From the NCBI GenBank assembly GCA_963771885.1, contig CAVYVF010000023.1:768001-832000 (forward strand): a stretch of DNA of 64,000 nt, written 5' to 3'. Positions 51,172 to 60,929 of the stretch are shown one piece after another. Both the position numbers and the translations under genes were made by a program. The notes under the pieces were generated by a model. It worked only from the letters and a program-made list of their open reading frames with translations. It had not been told where the DNA came from and made no database searches. The stretch is from Candidatus Bathyarchaeota archaeon (lineage in GTDB: Archaea > Thermoproteota > Bathyarchaeia > TCS64). The stretch's first letter is position 1; every line of letters starts with the position of its first letter.

Positions 51172-52422
51172 ATGGGGATGAGGATAGGGGTCCTGGCCGA
51201 CGACCTCACCGGGGCGTTCGACACCGGTGTGCAGTTCAGGAACTGGGGTCTCTCAGTGGAGGTTCTCATCAGGGATGTCAAAGACGCCATGCTCTCGTGT
51301 GATGTCGTGGTAGTCGACACGGAGAGCCGGTTGCTGAACAGGGACGACGCCTACAGACGGGTCCGCACCGCCACAGAGAGACTCATGCAGCTCGGCGTCG
51401 AGAAGGTCTACAAGAAGGTGGACTCGACACTCCGCGGCAACATCGGGGCTGAGCTAGACGCCGCTATGGAGGCATCCAATGCAAGCTTCGCTTTCTTCGC
51501 CCCCGCCTACCCCACATACGGCCGCACGACCCTCTCAGGCAAGCAGCTAGTGGACAACACGCCTGTCGAGAAGACGGAGTACGTTGACGAACTCGGTGCG
51601 AAGACCTCAGACATCCCCGCGATAATTAGCATCCAGAGCAAGCGGCGGATCGGCCTCGTCAACCACAGCGCCGTCGAGGCAGGTGTCAACTCAATAAAGA
51701 CGCGCGTCGATGCGCTGAAGACGGAGGGCTTCGAGGTTGCCGTCTTCGACGTGCTCACCGAGAAGCACCTAATAGACATAGCCCGATCCATCGGGGATAC
51801 GAAGCTGCTGGTCGGCTCCGCCGGTCTCGCCAGCGAGGTGCCACTCGGCCTCGGGCTCCGCAGCCCCAAGCCCGTCCTCTCGGTCTGCGGCAGCACACGT
51901 CGCCTGAGCAGGACACAGGTCCACAATCTTCACGATCGCCTCGGCTTTCACGAGGTCGAAATTGGAATCACACAGCTAATAGATGGTGAGGCGGCGATGA
52001 AAGAGGAGGTTAGGCGCTGCGTCGGGGAGTCAATCGAGGCGCTCAAAGCCGGAGTCGACGTCTCTATAACGTCCGCCTCCAAAGAAAGCAGCATCGCCGA
52101 GTTCATTTCACACGCGGCAAGGCACGGGATAAAGGAAGCCGAGGCGAAGCTCTTCATCGAGGAGGCCCTTGGCGAGATAACCTCCGCCATACTCTCAGAG
52201 GCGGAAGTCCTCGGGCTGCTTCTCACAGGCGGCGCCACGGGACTCATGGTCTGCCAAAAGCTCGGTGCGGACCGCGCCTCAATAGTCGAGGAGATCGCGC
52301 CGGGAATTCCACTCCTAAGGCTGAGCACAGGCATGCCCGCCGTTACGAAAGCCGGAGGTTTTGGTGTTGATGACAGTCTCATACAGGCGACGCAGAGAAT
52401 GAGGAGGCTGATGTCGAAGTGA
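51172..52422 (+). CDS. Four-carbon acid sugar kinase (DUF1537 family)
   Basis: ADDLTGA.DTG, DTESR, YKKVDSTLRGN, APAYP..GRT, TGGAT, TKAGGFG. Confidence 0.93.
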   Translation: MGMRIGVLADDLTGAFDTGVQFRNWGLSVEVLIRDVKDAMLSCDVVVVDTESRLLNRDDAYRRVRTATERLMQLGVEKVYKKVDSTLRGNIGAELDAAMEASNASFAFFAPAYPTYGRTTLSGKQLVDNTPVEKTEYVDELGAKTSDIPAIISIQSKRRIGLVNHSAVEAGVNSIKTRVDALKTEGFEVAVFDVLTEKHLIDIARSIGDTKLLVGSAGLASEVPLGLGLRSPKPVLSVCGSTRRLSRTQVHNLHDRLGFHEVEIGITQLIDGEAAMKEEVRRCVGESIEALKAGVDVSITSASKESSIAEFISHAARHGIKEAEAKLFIEEALGEITSAILSEAEVLGLLLTGGATGLMVCQKLGADRASIVEEIAPGIPLLRLSTGMPAVTKAGGFGVDDSLIQATQRMRRLMSK

Positions 52423-53465
52423 AGCCGCTCCTCGCCATAACGATGGGGGACGCAGCCGGGATAGGCCCGGAGATAATTGCGAAGGCGCTCAGCCTCAACG
52501 AAGTGTACGATATTTGCCGCCCCTTCGTTATAGGAGACGCCTCAGCGATGGAGATGGGCGTCGAGGTCACCGGACTTAGCCTCAGGATCAACCGCGTCAC
52601 ATCACCCGAGGATGGACTCTACAGGAGGGGCGTCATCGACGTTCTTAGCCTAGATAACATCGATACTACCAGCCTCATCATGGGAAAAGCGCAGGAGATG
52701 GCTGGTCGCGCCTCCGTCGAGTTCGTCGTCAGGGCCGCCGAGATGGCGATGCGCGGCGAGGTCGACGGCATCGTCACCGCACCCCTAAACAAGGAGGCGA
52801 TGCACATGGCCGGCTACAAGTACCCAGGACACACGGAGCTACTCGCCGAGATCGGGCGCACCCAGAACTACGCCATGATGCTCCTGGCCGGCGGCCTCAG
52901 AGTCATCCATGTCACCACACACGTCGCCCTCAGGGAGGTTCCCGACCTCATCACAAAGGACCGCGTCTTCAAGAAGATACGGGTCGCCCACGAAGCGGCG
53001 AGGAATCTCGGCTTCGACAGGCCCCGTATCGGCGTCGCGGGGCTCAACCCCCACTCGGGGGAGGGCGGCCTCTTTGGCAGGGAGGAGATAGAGGTGATCA
53101 CACCAGCCATCGAGGAGGCGAGGAGGGCAGGCATGCTCGTCGAAGGCCCTATCCCACCGGACACCGTCTTCTCGAAGGCCCTCGGCGGCGTCTACGACGT
53201 CGTCGTCGCCATGTACCACGATCAGGGGCACATCCCAGTCAAGCTCCAAGGATTCCGACTCGACGAGGAGACGGGCAAGTGGGAGGACGTTAGCGGCGTC
53301 AACATGACCGTCGGGCTCCCCTTCATTAGGACGAGCGTCGACCACGGCACCGCCTACGGTAAAGCGGGGCGCAGAGAGGGCACCGCCAACCCGGAGAGCC
53401 TCGTCGACGCCATAAAGGTAGCCACCCAGATGGCCTCCGTCCGCCACGGGAAGAAAACGGCTTAA
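52419..53465 (+). CDS. pdxA: PdxA-family dehydrogenase (PdxA2-like, 4-phospho-tetronate)
   Basis: TMGD.AGIGPE, TAPLNK, GHTE, LNPH.GE, MYHDQGH, RTSVDHGTA; adjacent to the DUF1537 kinase. Confidence 0.93.
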   Translation: MKPLLAITMGDAAGIGPEIIAKALSLNEVYDICRPFVIGDASAMEMGVEVTGLSLRINRVTSPEDGLYRRGVIDVLSLDNIDTTSLIMGKAQEMAGRASVEFVVRAAEMAMRGEVDGIVTAPLNKEAMHMAGYKYPGHTELLAEIGRTQNYAMMLLAGGLRVIHVTTHVALREVPDLITKDRVFKKIRVAHEAARNLGFDRPRIGVAGLNPHSGEGGLFGREEIEVITPAIEEARRAGMLVEGPIPPDTVFSKALGGVYDVVVAMYHDQGHIPVKLQGFRLDEETGKWEDVSGVNMTVGLPFIRTSVDHGTAYGKAGRREGTANPESLVDAIKVATQMASVRHGKKTA

Positions 53466-53490
53466 TCCCACAAGCGCCTACGATCCGTCG

Positions 53491-54747
53491 ATGAGCTTCC
53501 CCAAGATGATAGAGGCAAGGCAGGTATTCGACCAGCCGAAACTCGACGACTACGTCACCGAGGTGAGGCGCCAACTCAACTCGAAGGGGCTGGCGAAGAA
53601 GGTGAAAAAGGGGCAACGCATAGCGATCACGGCTGGGAGCCGCGGTATCGCGAATATCCGCCTGATTCTCAGGACCGTCGTCGAGGAGGTCAAGGCAACC
53701 GGCGGCGAGCCCTTCATCATTCCTGCGATGGGCAGCCACGGCGGCGCCACCGCGCACGGTCAAATCGAGACCCTCCGAACCCTCGGCATCACCGAGGAGA
53801 GCGTCTGTGCCCCCATCGTGAGCAGCATGGAAGTCGACCAAATTGGGGAGATCAAGGGCACCCCCGTCTACGTCGACAGGAACGCTCTACGCGCTGACGG
53901 CATCATTATCGTCGGCCGCGTCAAGCCGCACACCGACTTCAAGGGCACGATAGAGAGCGGCATCATGAAGATGATGGCCATCGGCCTCGGCAAGCAGAAG
54001 GGGGCAGAGATGATACACCACAACCTCTACGAGGGCTACCACAATCTCCTCCCCGCAGCGGCACGCCTCATAATGCAGAAAGTTCCCATAATCATGGGCC
54101 TCGCACTCCTCGAAAACGCCTACCACGAGACATGCAAAGTCGTCGCCCTCGAGCCGGGGGAGTTCGAGGCCGCCGAGCTGGAACTCCTAAAAGAGGCAAA
54201 AGCCCTGCTACCCCGTCTCCCCTTCAAGGAGATTGACCTCCTAATCGTCGAGGAGATCGGGAAAAACATCAGCGGCGTCGGCATGGATACGAACGTCACT
54301 GGAAGATTCTGGATGCCAGGCGAGTCCGACCCCGACGCGGCGAAGATAGACAAGATAGTCGTCCTCGACCTCTCCCCGGAGACACACGGCAACGCGATAG
54401 GCATCGGACTCGCGGACCTGACGACGCGCCGCGTCTTCGACAAGATCGACTACCCGTCGACATACGTCAACTGTCTAACCCAGGGAACCTGCGCAACTGG
54501 AAAAATACCCATCTGGCTCCCAAACGACCGGGACGCGATCGACACAGCCCTACGCATAATTGGCCCTATCGACAGATCCAAAGCACGCGCCATCTTGATA
54601 AAGAACACCCAAGAACTTGAGCACCTCTGGATAAGCGAGAGCCTCGCCGAGCAGGTGAGGAAGGACAAGAAGCTTGCTAAAAGAGTGGAGCTAATCGGCG
54701 AACCCCGCGAGGTCCAGTTCGACGTCCTCGGCACCCTCATAAAATAA
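53491..54747 (+). CDS. LarA (lactate racemase) N-terminal-like / DUF2088 domain protein
   Basis: AITAGSRGIAN, PAMGSHGGAT, RVKPHTDF, ESG..KM..IGLGK, GKNISG.GMDTN. Confidence 0.75.
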   Translation: MSFPKMIEARQVFDQPKLDDYVTEVRRQLNSKGLAKKVKKGQRIAITAGSRGIANIRLILRTVVEEVKATGGEPFIIPAMGSHGGATAHGQIETLRTLGITEESVCAPIVSSMEVDQIGEIKGTPVYVDRNALRADGIIIVGRVKPHTDFKGTIESGIMKMMAIGLGKQKGAEMIHHNLYEGYHNLLPAAARLIMQKVPIIMGLALLENAYHETCKVVALEPGEFEAAELELLKEAKALLPRLPFKEIDLLIVEEIGKNISGVGMDTNVTGRFWMPGESDPDAAKIDKIVVLDLSPETHGNAIGIGLADLTTRRVFDKIDYPSTYVNCLTQGTCATGKIPIWLPNDRDAIDTALRIIGPIDRSKARAILIKNTQELEHLWISESLAEQVRKDKKLAKRVELIGEPREVQFDVLGTLIK

Positions 54748-54793
54748 TCCCGCTTCAGTCAGTCGGGACCGGGTGTGTAATCTGTGCTTTTAG

Positions 54794-55297
54794 TCAGCCC
54801 ACTTTGAGGAACTGTGCCTGGGGGGCCCCGCAGATTGTACACTTCTCGGGTGCCATCTTCTCCACGGTGTTGCCACATACCTTGCAGACGTAGTAGTCGA
54901 CGCTTTGCAGCGGCTTCTTCGTTTTCAGCGTATCTAGCGCCTTCTGGTAAAGGCCGGCGTGGACCTCCTCGACCTTATTGGCGATCGTGAAGCTCCACTC
55001 GGCCTGCTTGTTCTTCTCGCGCTGGGCGATGGCTATGAAGTCGGGGTACATCTGGCGGAACTCATGCGTCTCGCCGTTTATCGCCTCGTCGAGGTTAGAG
55101 ATGGTCATCCCGATCTTGCCCGCGACGCGCAGGTGGTTGTGAGCGTGTATCGTCTCCGCCTCAGCCGCGGCCCTGAAGAGCTTCGCGACCTGGGGCAACC
55201 CCTCCTCCTCAGCCTTCTTGGCAAAGGCGAGGTACTTCCTGTTCGCCTGAGACTCGCCAGCGAATGCTTCCATGAGCTTATCGAGTGTGTCAGTCAT
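54794..55297 (-). CDS. Rubrerythrin
   Basis: AFAGESQA, E..HA, GE..E...MY, E..H, C-terminal CKVCG...CTICG. Confidence 0.95.
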   Translation of the reverse strand: MTDTLDKLMEAFAGESQANRKYLAFAKKAEEEGLPQVAKLFRAAAEAETIHAHNHLRVAGKIGMTISNLDEAINGETHEFRQMYPDFIAIAQREKNKQAEWSFTIANKVEEVHAGLYQKALDTLKTKKPLQSVDYYVCKVCGNTVEKMAPEKCTICGAPQAQFLKVG

Positions 55298-55379
55298 CAG
55301 AATCACTGAATGTCTCTCCGATTTCTGCGTTGATAAACATTGGGTGGGCTTTTATCCCCCAGGCGCGGGGCTCTGATCC

Positions 55380-55793
55380 ATGAAGAGTGTAGTTCTGAAG
55401 ATCGGCGGTCACCGCTTCGCGGCGAGACTACTTGAGGCGGAGGCGCCGAAAACCTGCGAGGCGTTTCTGTCACGCCTCCCCATCGAGGGCAAGGTAATAC
55501 ACGCCCGCTGGAGCGGGGAGTCCGTCTGGTTCCCCATGGACCCCGTCGGCATCGACGCACCTGCGGAGAACCAGACCTGCCACCCGAGTAGAGGAGACCT
55601 CCTCTACTATCCCGGCGGAGTCAGCGAGAAGGAGCTGCTCATCCCATATGGCTCAGCGATCTTCTCAAGCAAGGTTGGGCTGCTGCAGGGTAACCACTTC
55701 GCCGTTATCACAGAGGGGCAGGAGCGGCTCGCTGAGATGGGTAAGAAGGTCCTCTGGGAGGGTGCCCAGAAGATTAGGATTGAGGAAGCCTAG
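55380..55793 (+). CDS. DUF3830 (cyclophilin-like fold) protein
   Basis: AP.TC..F...LP, HARWSGE, EN.T.HP..G..LYYPGG.SE.E. Confidence 0.85.
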   Translation: MKSVVLKIGGHRFAARLLEAEAPKTCEAFLSRLPIEGKVIHARWSGESVWFPMDPVGIDAPAENQTCHPSRGDLLYYPGGVSEKELLIPYGSAIFSSKVGLLQGNHFAVITEGQERLAEMGKKVLWEGAQKIRIEEA

Positions 55794-56197
55794 AACCCCA
55801 AGACCACATTCTTAACCGGATCGCCGATTGGCTTCCGTGACACATACACTACATTTCCCCTTTTACTCAGCGCGTTGAATATCTCCCCTCCCATGTCCTC
55901 TACCTTAGCCTTGATCTCTCCAGATTCGCCAAAATGAATCGCGTCTGTCAGGCAGTTGTGGACGCACGCAGGCCTCCTGCCCTCGGCCTGAAGCTGCGGA
56001 CAGAGCGTGCATGCGCCGACGCCCCGCCTATCCATCTCAAAGACTGGGACGTAGAACCTGTTGAACTCGCCGGCATCGACGGTGCTAACCTTGACACGCC
56101 TTATTCCCGGGGCGAGGTCGTTCTCGTCCTTGCAGGCTATCTCGCACGCGTAACATCCTATGCACCTGTCTAGATCGACGAGGAAGGCCTTGGTCAT
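55790..56197 (-). CDS. 4Fe-4S ferredoxin subunit of the molybdoenzyme
   Basis: CIGCYACEIAC, CTLC, PACVHNC; overlaps the large-subunit stop. Confidence 0.9.
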   Translation of the reverse strand: MTKAFLVDLDRCIGCYACEIACKDENDLAPGIRRVKVSTVDAGEFNRFYVPVFEMDRRGVGACTLCPQLQAEGRRPACVHNCLTDAIHFGESGEIKAKVEDMGGEIFNALSKRGNVVYVSRKPIGDPVKNVVLGF

Positions 56198-58266
56198 GCC
56201 TTAGCCCTCCGTATGTTGCATAGGATGGTCCTGAATGCGGGCATCGCGGCGACGGGGTCGAGCTGGGTGTCGTCGGTGAGGTAGTTGATGTTTGCCTTCC
56301 CCTCCCAGCCGTGGGTGACGCTGACCACATCCTCGCGTATCCCGCACGTGAGCTTTGCCTTCATGGTCGCCTCCCCCCTGAGACCCTCTAAGATGACAGT
56401 GTCCCCCTCAGCGATGCCGAGGCTTGCCGCGGTTTTCTCATTCAACTCAGCGACGGCCTCTGGCACATACTCCCTGAGCCATGGGTAGTTACGTTGCTGC
56501 GAGTGGTGGTAGACAGCGGTCTTTGAGCCAGTGATCAAGGTGAATGGATACCTCTTCGCCGCGTCGGGCCTGCTCTTCACCGTTTCTGGTGGCTCGACGT
56601 AGCTTGGCAGGGGGTCGAATCCGAGCTTCTCCATCTGCTCCGAGTAAAGTTCAATCCTCCCTGATGGCGTGCAGAAGCCATTCTTCCTTAGAAGCCCGAT
56701 CTCGAATGGCACAGAGTACACGCCAGAGTCACCTAGGTCAGATATTTTCACGCCGAGAGGCTTGATGATCTCGTCGATGATCTCATCCTCGTCCGCGTAG
56801 TCGAAGCCATCGAGTCCCATCCTCTTCGCGAGCAGGCAGATGTACTTCCAGTCGGGGAGGCTCTCGAATAGTGGCTCCATGACCTTGTGGCTTACTTGGA
56901 AGTACTTTGTGAGTGCGAGATTCTGCGTCTTGCAGAGCTCAGTCTTCTCGAAGAAGGTGGATGCGGGAAGCACGATGTCTGCGAGCTTAGCCGTCTCGGT
57001 CATGAAGAGGTCATCTACTACCAAGAAGTCGAGGCTGGCAAGTGCCTCCCTGACCTTGGTGGTGTTTGGGTACTCCTGTATCGGGTTGGCTATTGTGCAC
57101 ATCATCGCCCTGATGGGGTGGGGCTTGCCGGTGAGTATGGCCTCGGCGAAGATGGCGGTAGCATCCTCTACAAGTGGGAACCTCTCAGCCCAAATCGGCT
57201 TCGACTTGAGCCTCTCTTTACGCGTGATGTTGCCGAGCTTGTTCCCAGGGTTGAAGAGCAGTGCCCCTTTCTTATCGATGTTTCCCGTGATGGCGAGCAG
57301 AATCGCCATGGCGCGGAGCGTGTGGGTGGAGTTAGTGTGGTGGAGCACACCCTCACGCCTGTCGAGGCACGCCGGCTTAGCGGCGGCGAACTGCCTCGCT
57401 ACCTCAACGATCTGCTCAGCGGGGATTCCCGTGACCTCTTCCGCATACTCTGGCGTATACTTCTGGACGTGCTCCGTCAACTTCTCAAAACCGATGGTGT
57501 ATTTCTCGACGAACTCAGCGTCGTGCAGACCCTCGGCGATGATGGTACGAATCATGGCGAGGAGAAGCGCCGTGTCCGTCCCAGGTTTGATGGCGAGGTA
57601 GGTGTCTGCCTTCGACGCAGTCTCTGTGAAGCGGGGATCGACTACAACCAGCTTGGCCCCCGCCTCCTTCGCATCGAGGATGTCCGACATGATACGCGGA
57701 TACCGGTGAATGAAACTTAGAGCCGGATTGGTGCCGAAGAGAATAATATATTTGGAGTTCTTGAAATCACTCCACGGCATATAGGGTTGACCTTGCGGCG
57801 CCTTCCCATATGTGTAGGTGTAACCTATCATCTTCGGACCGACACAGTAGCTCCAGTTCCCCGAATAATTCGGGGTCCCATAAGCGTAGCAGAAGCGTTG
57901 GAATATCTGCTCAATCATCTGCCGCGTGGGTCCCTTGACGAACGAAAGTGCTTCGGCTCCGTACTTCGCCTTAACTTCCAGCAAGTTTTCGGCGACGGTG
58001 TCTAATGCCTCGTCCCAAGTTATGCGCTCCCACTCTCCGCTCCCCCTCTCCCCCACCCGCTTAAGCGGGTACTTGAGCCGATCTGGGTTGTACAACATCT
58101 GCCGGGCGGAGCGGCCCTGCGCACAAAGGACGCCCCTGTTATGCGGGTTAGCTGGGTCTCCCTCGACCTTGATAACCCTGCCACCCTTCATGTAAGTAAG
58201 CATGCCACAGTCGCAGTAGCAGACCTGACACGCGTTCCTCTTGATCGTGACCCCATTCTCTGGCAT
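56194..58266 (-). CDS. Mo/W-bisPGD oxidoreductase large subunit (cytoplasmic)
   Basis: CQVCYCDC...LC, RLKYPLKR..ERG.G.WERITWDEAL, VDPR.T.TA, ADIVLP, TPSGRIE, HS; no Tat peptide. Confidence 0.92.
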   Translation of the reverse strand: MPENGVTIKRNACQVCYCDCGMLTYMKGGRVIKVEGDPANPHNRGVLCAQGRSARQMLYNPDRLKYPLKRVGERGSGEWERITWDEALDTVAENLLEVKAKYGAEALSFVKGPTRQMIEQIFQRFCYAYGTPNYSGNWSYCVGPKMIGYTYTYGKAPQGQPYMPWSDFKNSKYIILFGTNPALSFIHRYPRIMSDILDAKEAGAKLVVVDPRFTETASKADTYLAIKPGTDTALLLAMIRTIIAEGLHDAEFVEKYTIGFEKLTEHVQKYTPEYAEEVTGIPAEQIVEVARQFAAAKPACLDRREGVLHHTNSTHTLRAMAILLAITGNIDKKGALLFNPGNKLGNITRKERLKSKPIWAERFPLVEDATAIFAEAILTGKPHPIRAMMCTIANPIQEYPNTTKVREALASLDFLVVDDLFMTETAKLADIVLPASTFFEKTELCKTQNLALTKYFQVSHKVMEPLFESLPDWKYICLLAKRMGLDGFDYADEDEIIDEIIKPLGVKISDLGDSGVYSVPFEIGLLRKNGFCTPSGRIELYSEQMEKLGFDPLPSYVEPPETVKSRPDAAKRYPFTLITGSKTAVYHHSQQRNYPWLREYVPEAVAELNEKTAASLGIAEGDTVILEGLRGEATMKAKLTCGIREDVVSVTHGWEGKANINYLTDDTQLDPVAAMPAFRTILCNIRRAKA

Positions 58267-58343
58267 TCTAAAACGCGCCTCTCGACGAGGGATATATGAG
58301 GCTCGTCGTTGCGGCGTATAAAATGTCGGTCGCCAAGGCGCGG

Positions 58344-59255
58344 CTAGGTCTTGGGCAGCCTATCCCTCATCCACTTCTTCAGAGTCTCCCTGGCTGGCAT
58401 TCTCTTCTCCCAGTCGGGTTCCTCCCAGAATCCTTCGTGCCGGACGGTCACCATCTCCTCGATGCTTGTGGGCTTGCCGCACGTCGCATCCTCTCCGTAT
58501 AAGTGGGTGGGATAGTTGTAAGTCGATGGTAGCTCGCGTAGCTCACCTCGGGTGAACTCAGCTAGGATAACCCCCGAGAGGACCGCCTGATGCATGAATA
58601 TTCTGTACCTGCCATCGGCGTAGAACCTCTGGAACTCCGGCGCCTTGTATAGCTCAAGGAACGCTTCGCTCCACTTTCTTAGAAGCCGCTTCCCGGGGTG
58701 GACTGCGAGGTGGCCCGCGTTGAAATAGGGGCGTATAATGTTGCCGTCGACGTGAGTCTTCATAGGGAAGACACTGTCCTGGGTGACTCCGCATCTCTCG
58801 TAGATGAGGCTCCAGAAGTCGTCCACCGGGGCGTCTATGCGCGAGCCCACGTTCATTATATGGACGGGGCGGTAACCTACGCTCTTGCCAGCGGGTAGCA
58901 GAAAGTCTCGTGGCTCCTGCAGGACGAGGGTGTTGGCGCCCAGCCAGACCATGGTCTCGGCTTTGCCTTCAGTCCTCTCCTCTGCCTGCGCCGCGGCTGT
59001 GACCTCGGGGAGGAAGAAGAACTTTGCAGCCTCCTCATCCACCTCATAGTTGACGAACTCGACGTCCAGTGCCTTGAGTCGTTCCCCGACTACATGTGGT
59101 AGTACTGTGTTCGGCGTAACATAGAGCAGTATGGGGGAGCCTGAGAGACGACCAGCAAAGGCTCTGATGCTCTCCGCGAGGAGCAGAGCGCTCGTCCCCT
59201 TATCGCCGGGTGAGAGCGCCGCGGTGAAGACGATACTGGTGTCCAAATCGACCAC
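58344..59255 (-). CDS. Hypothetical protein, glycosyltransferase family 8-like
   Basis: LLAESIR, PYFNAG, Q..LS, L...YNYP. Confidence 0.6.
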   Translation of the reverse strand: MVDLDTSIVFTAALSPGDKGTSALLLAESIRAFAGRLSGSPILLYVTPNTVLPHVVGERLKALDVEFVNYEVDEEAAKFFFLPEVTAAAQAEERTEGKAETMVWLGANTLVLQEPRDFLLPAGKSVGYRPVHIMNVGSRIDAPVDDFWSLIYERCGVTQDSVFPMKTHVDGNIIRPYFNAGHLAVHPGKRLLRKWSEAFLELYKAPEFQRFYADGRYRIFMHQAVLSGVILAEFTRGELRELPSTYNYPTHLYGEDATCGKPTSIEEMVTVRHEGFWEEPDWEKRMPARETLKKWMRDRLPKT

Positions 59256-59380
59256 AATTGTGAATCAGCGAATAGATACTTCAAACCTGCCCCTGAATTC
59301 TCCCACTTTCAGTCGAGTGGGTTACAAGGCGATTCGTATATCTTTTCAGTGCGCAGTGAATGCTGATAGTTGGTGTTACC

Positions 59381-60400
59381 ATGGAGGAGAAGGAGTACCG
59401 CGAATACCTCAGTAAACGCGGCTTGAAGGGCAGGGCCGTCGAGAAGGCGGTCGCAGCCGTCGGGGAGTTCGAGCACTCCCTAAAAGACGCGGGGAAGGAG
59501 CTGGGGTCTGCCTCCGTCGCCGACCTGAAGACGTACATATCCGGATTAGTCTCCTCGGGAGCGAATACCGAGGATCGCCTCGTCGCCCTCTCCCGATACT
59601 TCTGGCTCACGAAGAGGAACGACCTATTCTCCCACTTCGCCGCCATCCTCGGCGGCAGAGGGGTCTACGCCAGCATAAGCGAGAGACTCGGCACAATCGC
59701 CGGAGAGGAGAAACGCGGCGAAGTCTTCGACGGCTTCGAGGAGCCGCCCCTGGGCGTAACACCTGACACATACCCCGCCTGCACAAAGGAGCTACTCGAC
59801 AGGCTCGAGGCAGTACTACCTCCCGAGCAGGTGAAGACGGTGCTCGCGGGCAACCACCATAGGATACCAGTTGAGCACTTCGCAGAGATGATTAAGAGGT
59901 GGGAGAAGGCGCCGTCGATGGAGGATTTCTTAGAGGGCGAGCACGGCCGTCTCGTAGCTGAACTCGAGGACGCCATGAAATCGGGACGCCTCTGGTACGA
60001 GCAGGTCATCACCCCCGAGGTCGTCGAGTATGTGAAGAAGGACCAAACCATCCAGAACGGCGTCGTGCAGGGCGACGTCGTCCTAAAGAGCAAGATACCC
60101 TTCGCCCCCGCCACGTGGCTCAAAGAGAAGGACCCAAAGATGCGCCGATACTACGCCTGCCACTGCCAGCTCGCAAGGGAGGCGATACTAGATGACACCG
60201 CCAACCCACTTGGTACATTCTGCTACTGCAGCGCTGGCTACGAGAAGCTGCCACTCGAGGTCGTACTCGGAGCCCCGCTGGAGGTGGAGGTACTGGAGAG
60301 CGCCCTCTCCGGCGACGAAAAATGCCGATTCGCCATAAAGATACCCAAGGATAAGCTGAAGGGTAAACCTCTAAAGAAGGCGCTGCGTCCCCGAAACTGA
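59381..60400 (+). CDS. Hypothetical two-domain protein with Cys-rich C-terminus
   Basis: CHCQLAR, FCYCSAG, V..ES.L.GD..CRF.I; helical N-terminus. Confidence 0.8.
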   Translation: MEEKEYREYLSKRGLKGRAVEKAVAAVGEFEHSLKDAGKELGSASVADLKTYISGLVSSGANTEDRLVALSRYFWLTKRNDLFSHFAAILGGRGVYASISERLGTIAGEEKRGEVFDGFEEPPLGVTPDTYPACTKELLDRLEAVLPPEQVKTVLAGNHHRIPVEHFAEMIKRWEKAPSMEDFLEGEHGRLVAELEDAMKSGRLWYEQVITPEVVEYVKKDQTIQNGVVQGDVVLKSKIPFAPATWLKEKDPKMRRYYACHCQLAREAILDDTANPLGTFCYCSAGYEKLPLEVVLGAPLEVEVLESALSGDEKCRFAIKIPKDKLKGKPLKKALRPRN

Positions 60401-60406
60401 TCCGGC

Positions 60407-60574
60407 TTGGTCGTTCTCAAGGCGATCTGCGGAAAGACATTCGAGGCGGTAAAGGTCGACGAGGAGCTCGCCGCCTATCCCGAGTACGTCTGCAGCAGGC
60501 TCTGCCCCGAGACCAGCTGTTCCAAGTACATGGACTATTTCTACGACGCCACCCACCACAACGACCCCCGCTAA
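60407..60574 (+). CDS. 55-aa Cys-rich small protein (missed by the ORF track)
   Basis: TTG start 6 nt after the upstream stop; VVLKAICGKTFE...VCSRLCPETSCSKY...; mostly G/C wobble bases as in real genes here. Confidence 0.7.
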   Translation: MVVLKAICGKTFEAVKVDEELAAYPEYVCSRLCPETSCSKYMDYFYDATHHNDPR

Positions 60575-60641
60575 CGGGCTGATTCCGGGGAATGGTATAA
60601 AAATGGGTGTGCCTCCCCCAGATGTCATCGCCGGTGCATAT

Positions 60642-60890
60642 ATGGAGAAGAGGGTCTTCACGCCCGAGGGCGTCTGCTCGTCAAAGATATTCTTCACGCT
60701 CGACGCGGGGCGCGTCGTTCACGTCGATTTCCAAGACGGATGCGAAGGCAATCTGCAGGGTATAGCCTCACTTGTAGTGGGGATGGAGGTCAGTGAGGTC
60801 ATACGACGGCTCAGAGGCATCGACTGCAACTACCGCGGCACCTCCTGCCCCGACCAGCTGGCCCGGGCTCTCGAAGAGGCGCGTGACTAG
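60642..60890 (+). CDS. Stand-alone TSCPD-domain protein
   Basis: P.GVCS, GC.GNLQG, L.GI.C..RGTSCPDQLA. Confidence 0.92.
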   Translation: MEKRVFTPEGVCSSKIFFTLDAGRVVHVDFQDGCEGNLQGIASLVVGMEVSEVIRRLRGIDCNYRGTSCPDQLARALEEARD

Positions 60891-60929
60891 CGCGAGCCCA
60901 CTTATACGGGCTAAGCGTAATCCTTCCGC

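Noticed and set aside
59381..60400. Integrase or mobile element
   Set aside because: No R...HxxR...Y catalytic domain and no att sites; only a possible SAM-like N-terminus.
60371..60697. 108-aa minus-strand ORF
   Set aside because: Shadow of the 55-aa plus-strand ORF; overlaps two real genes.
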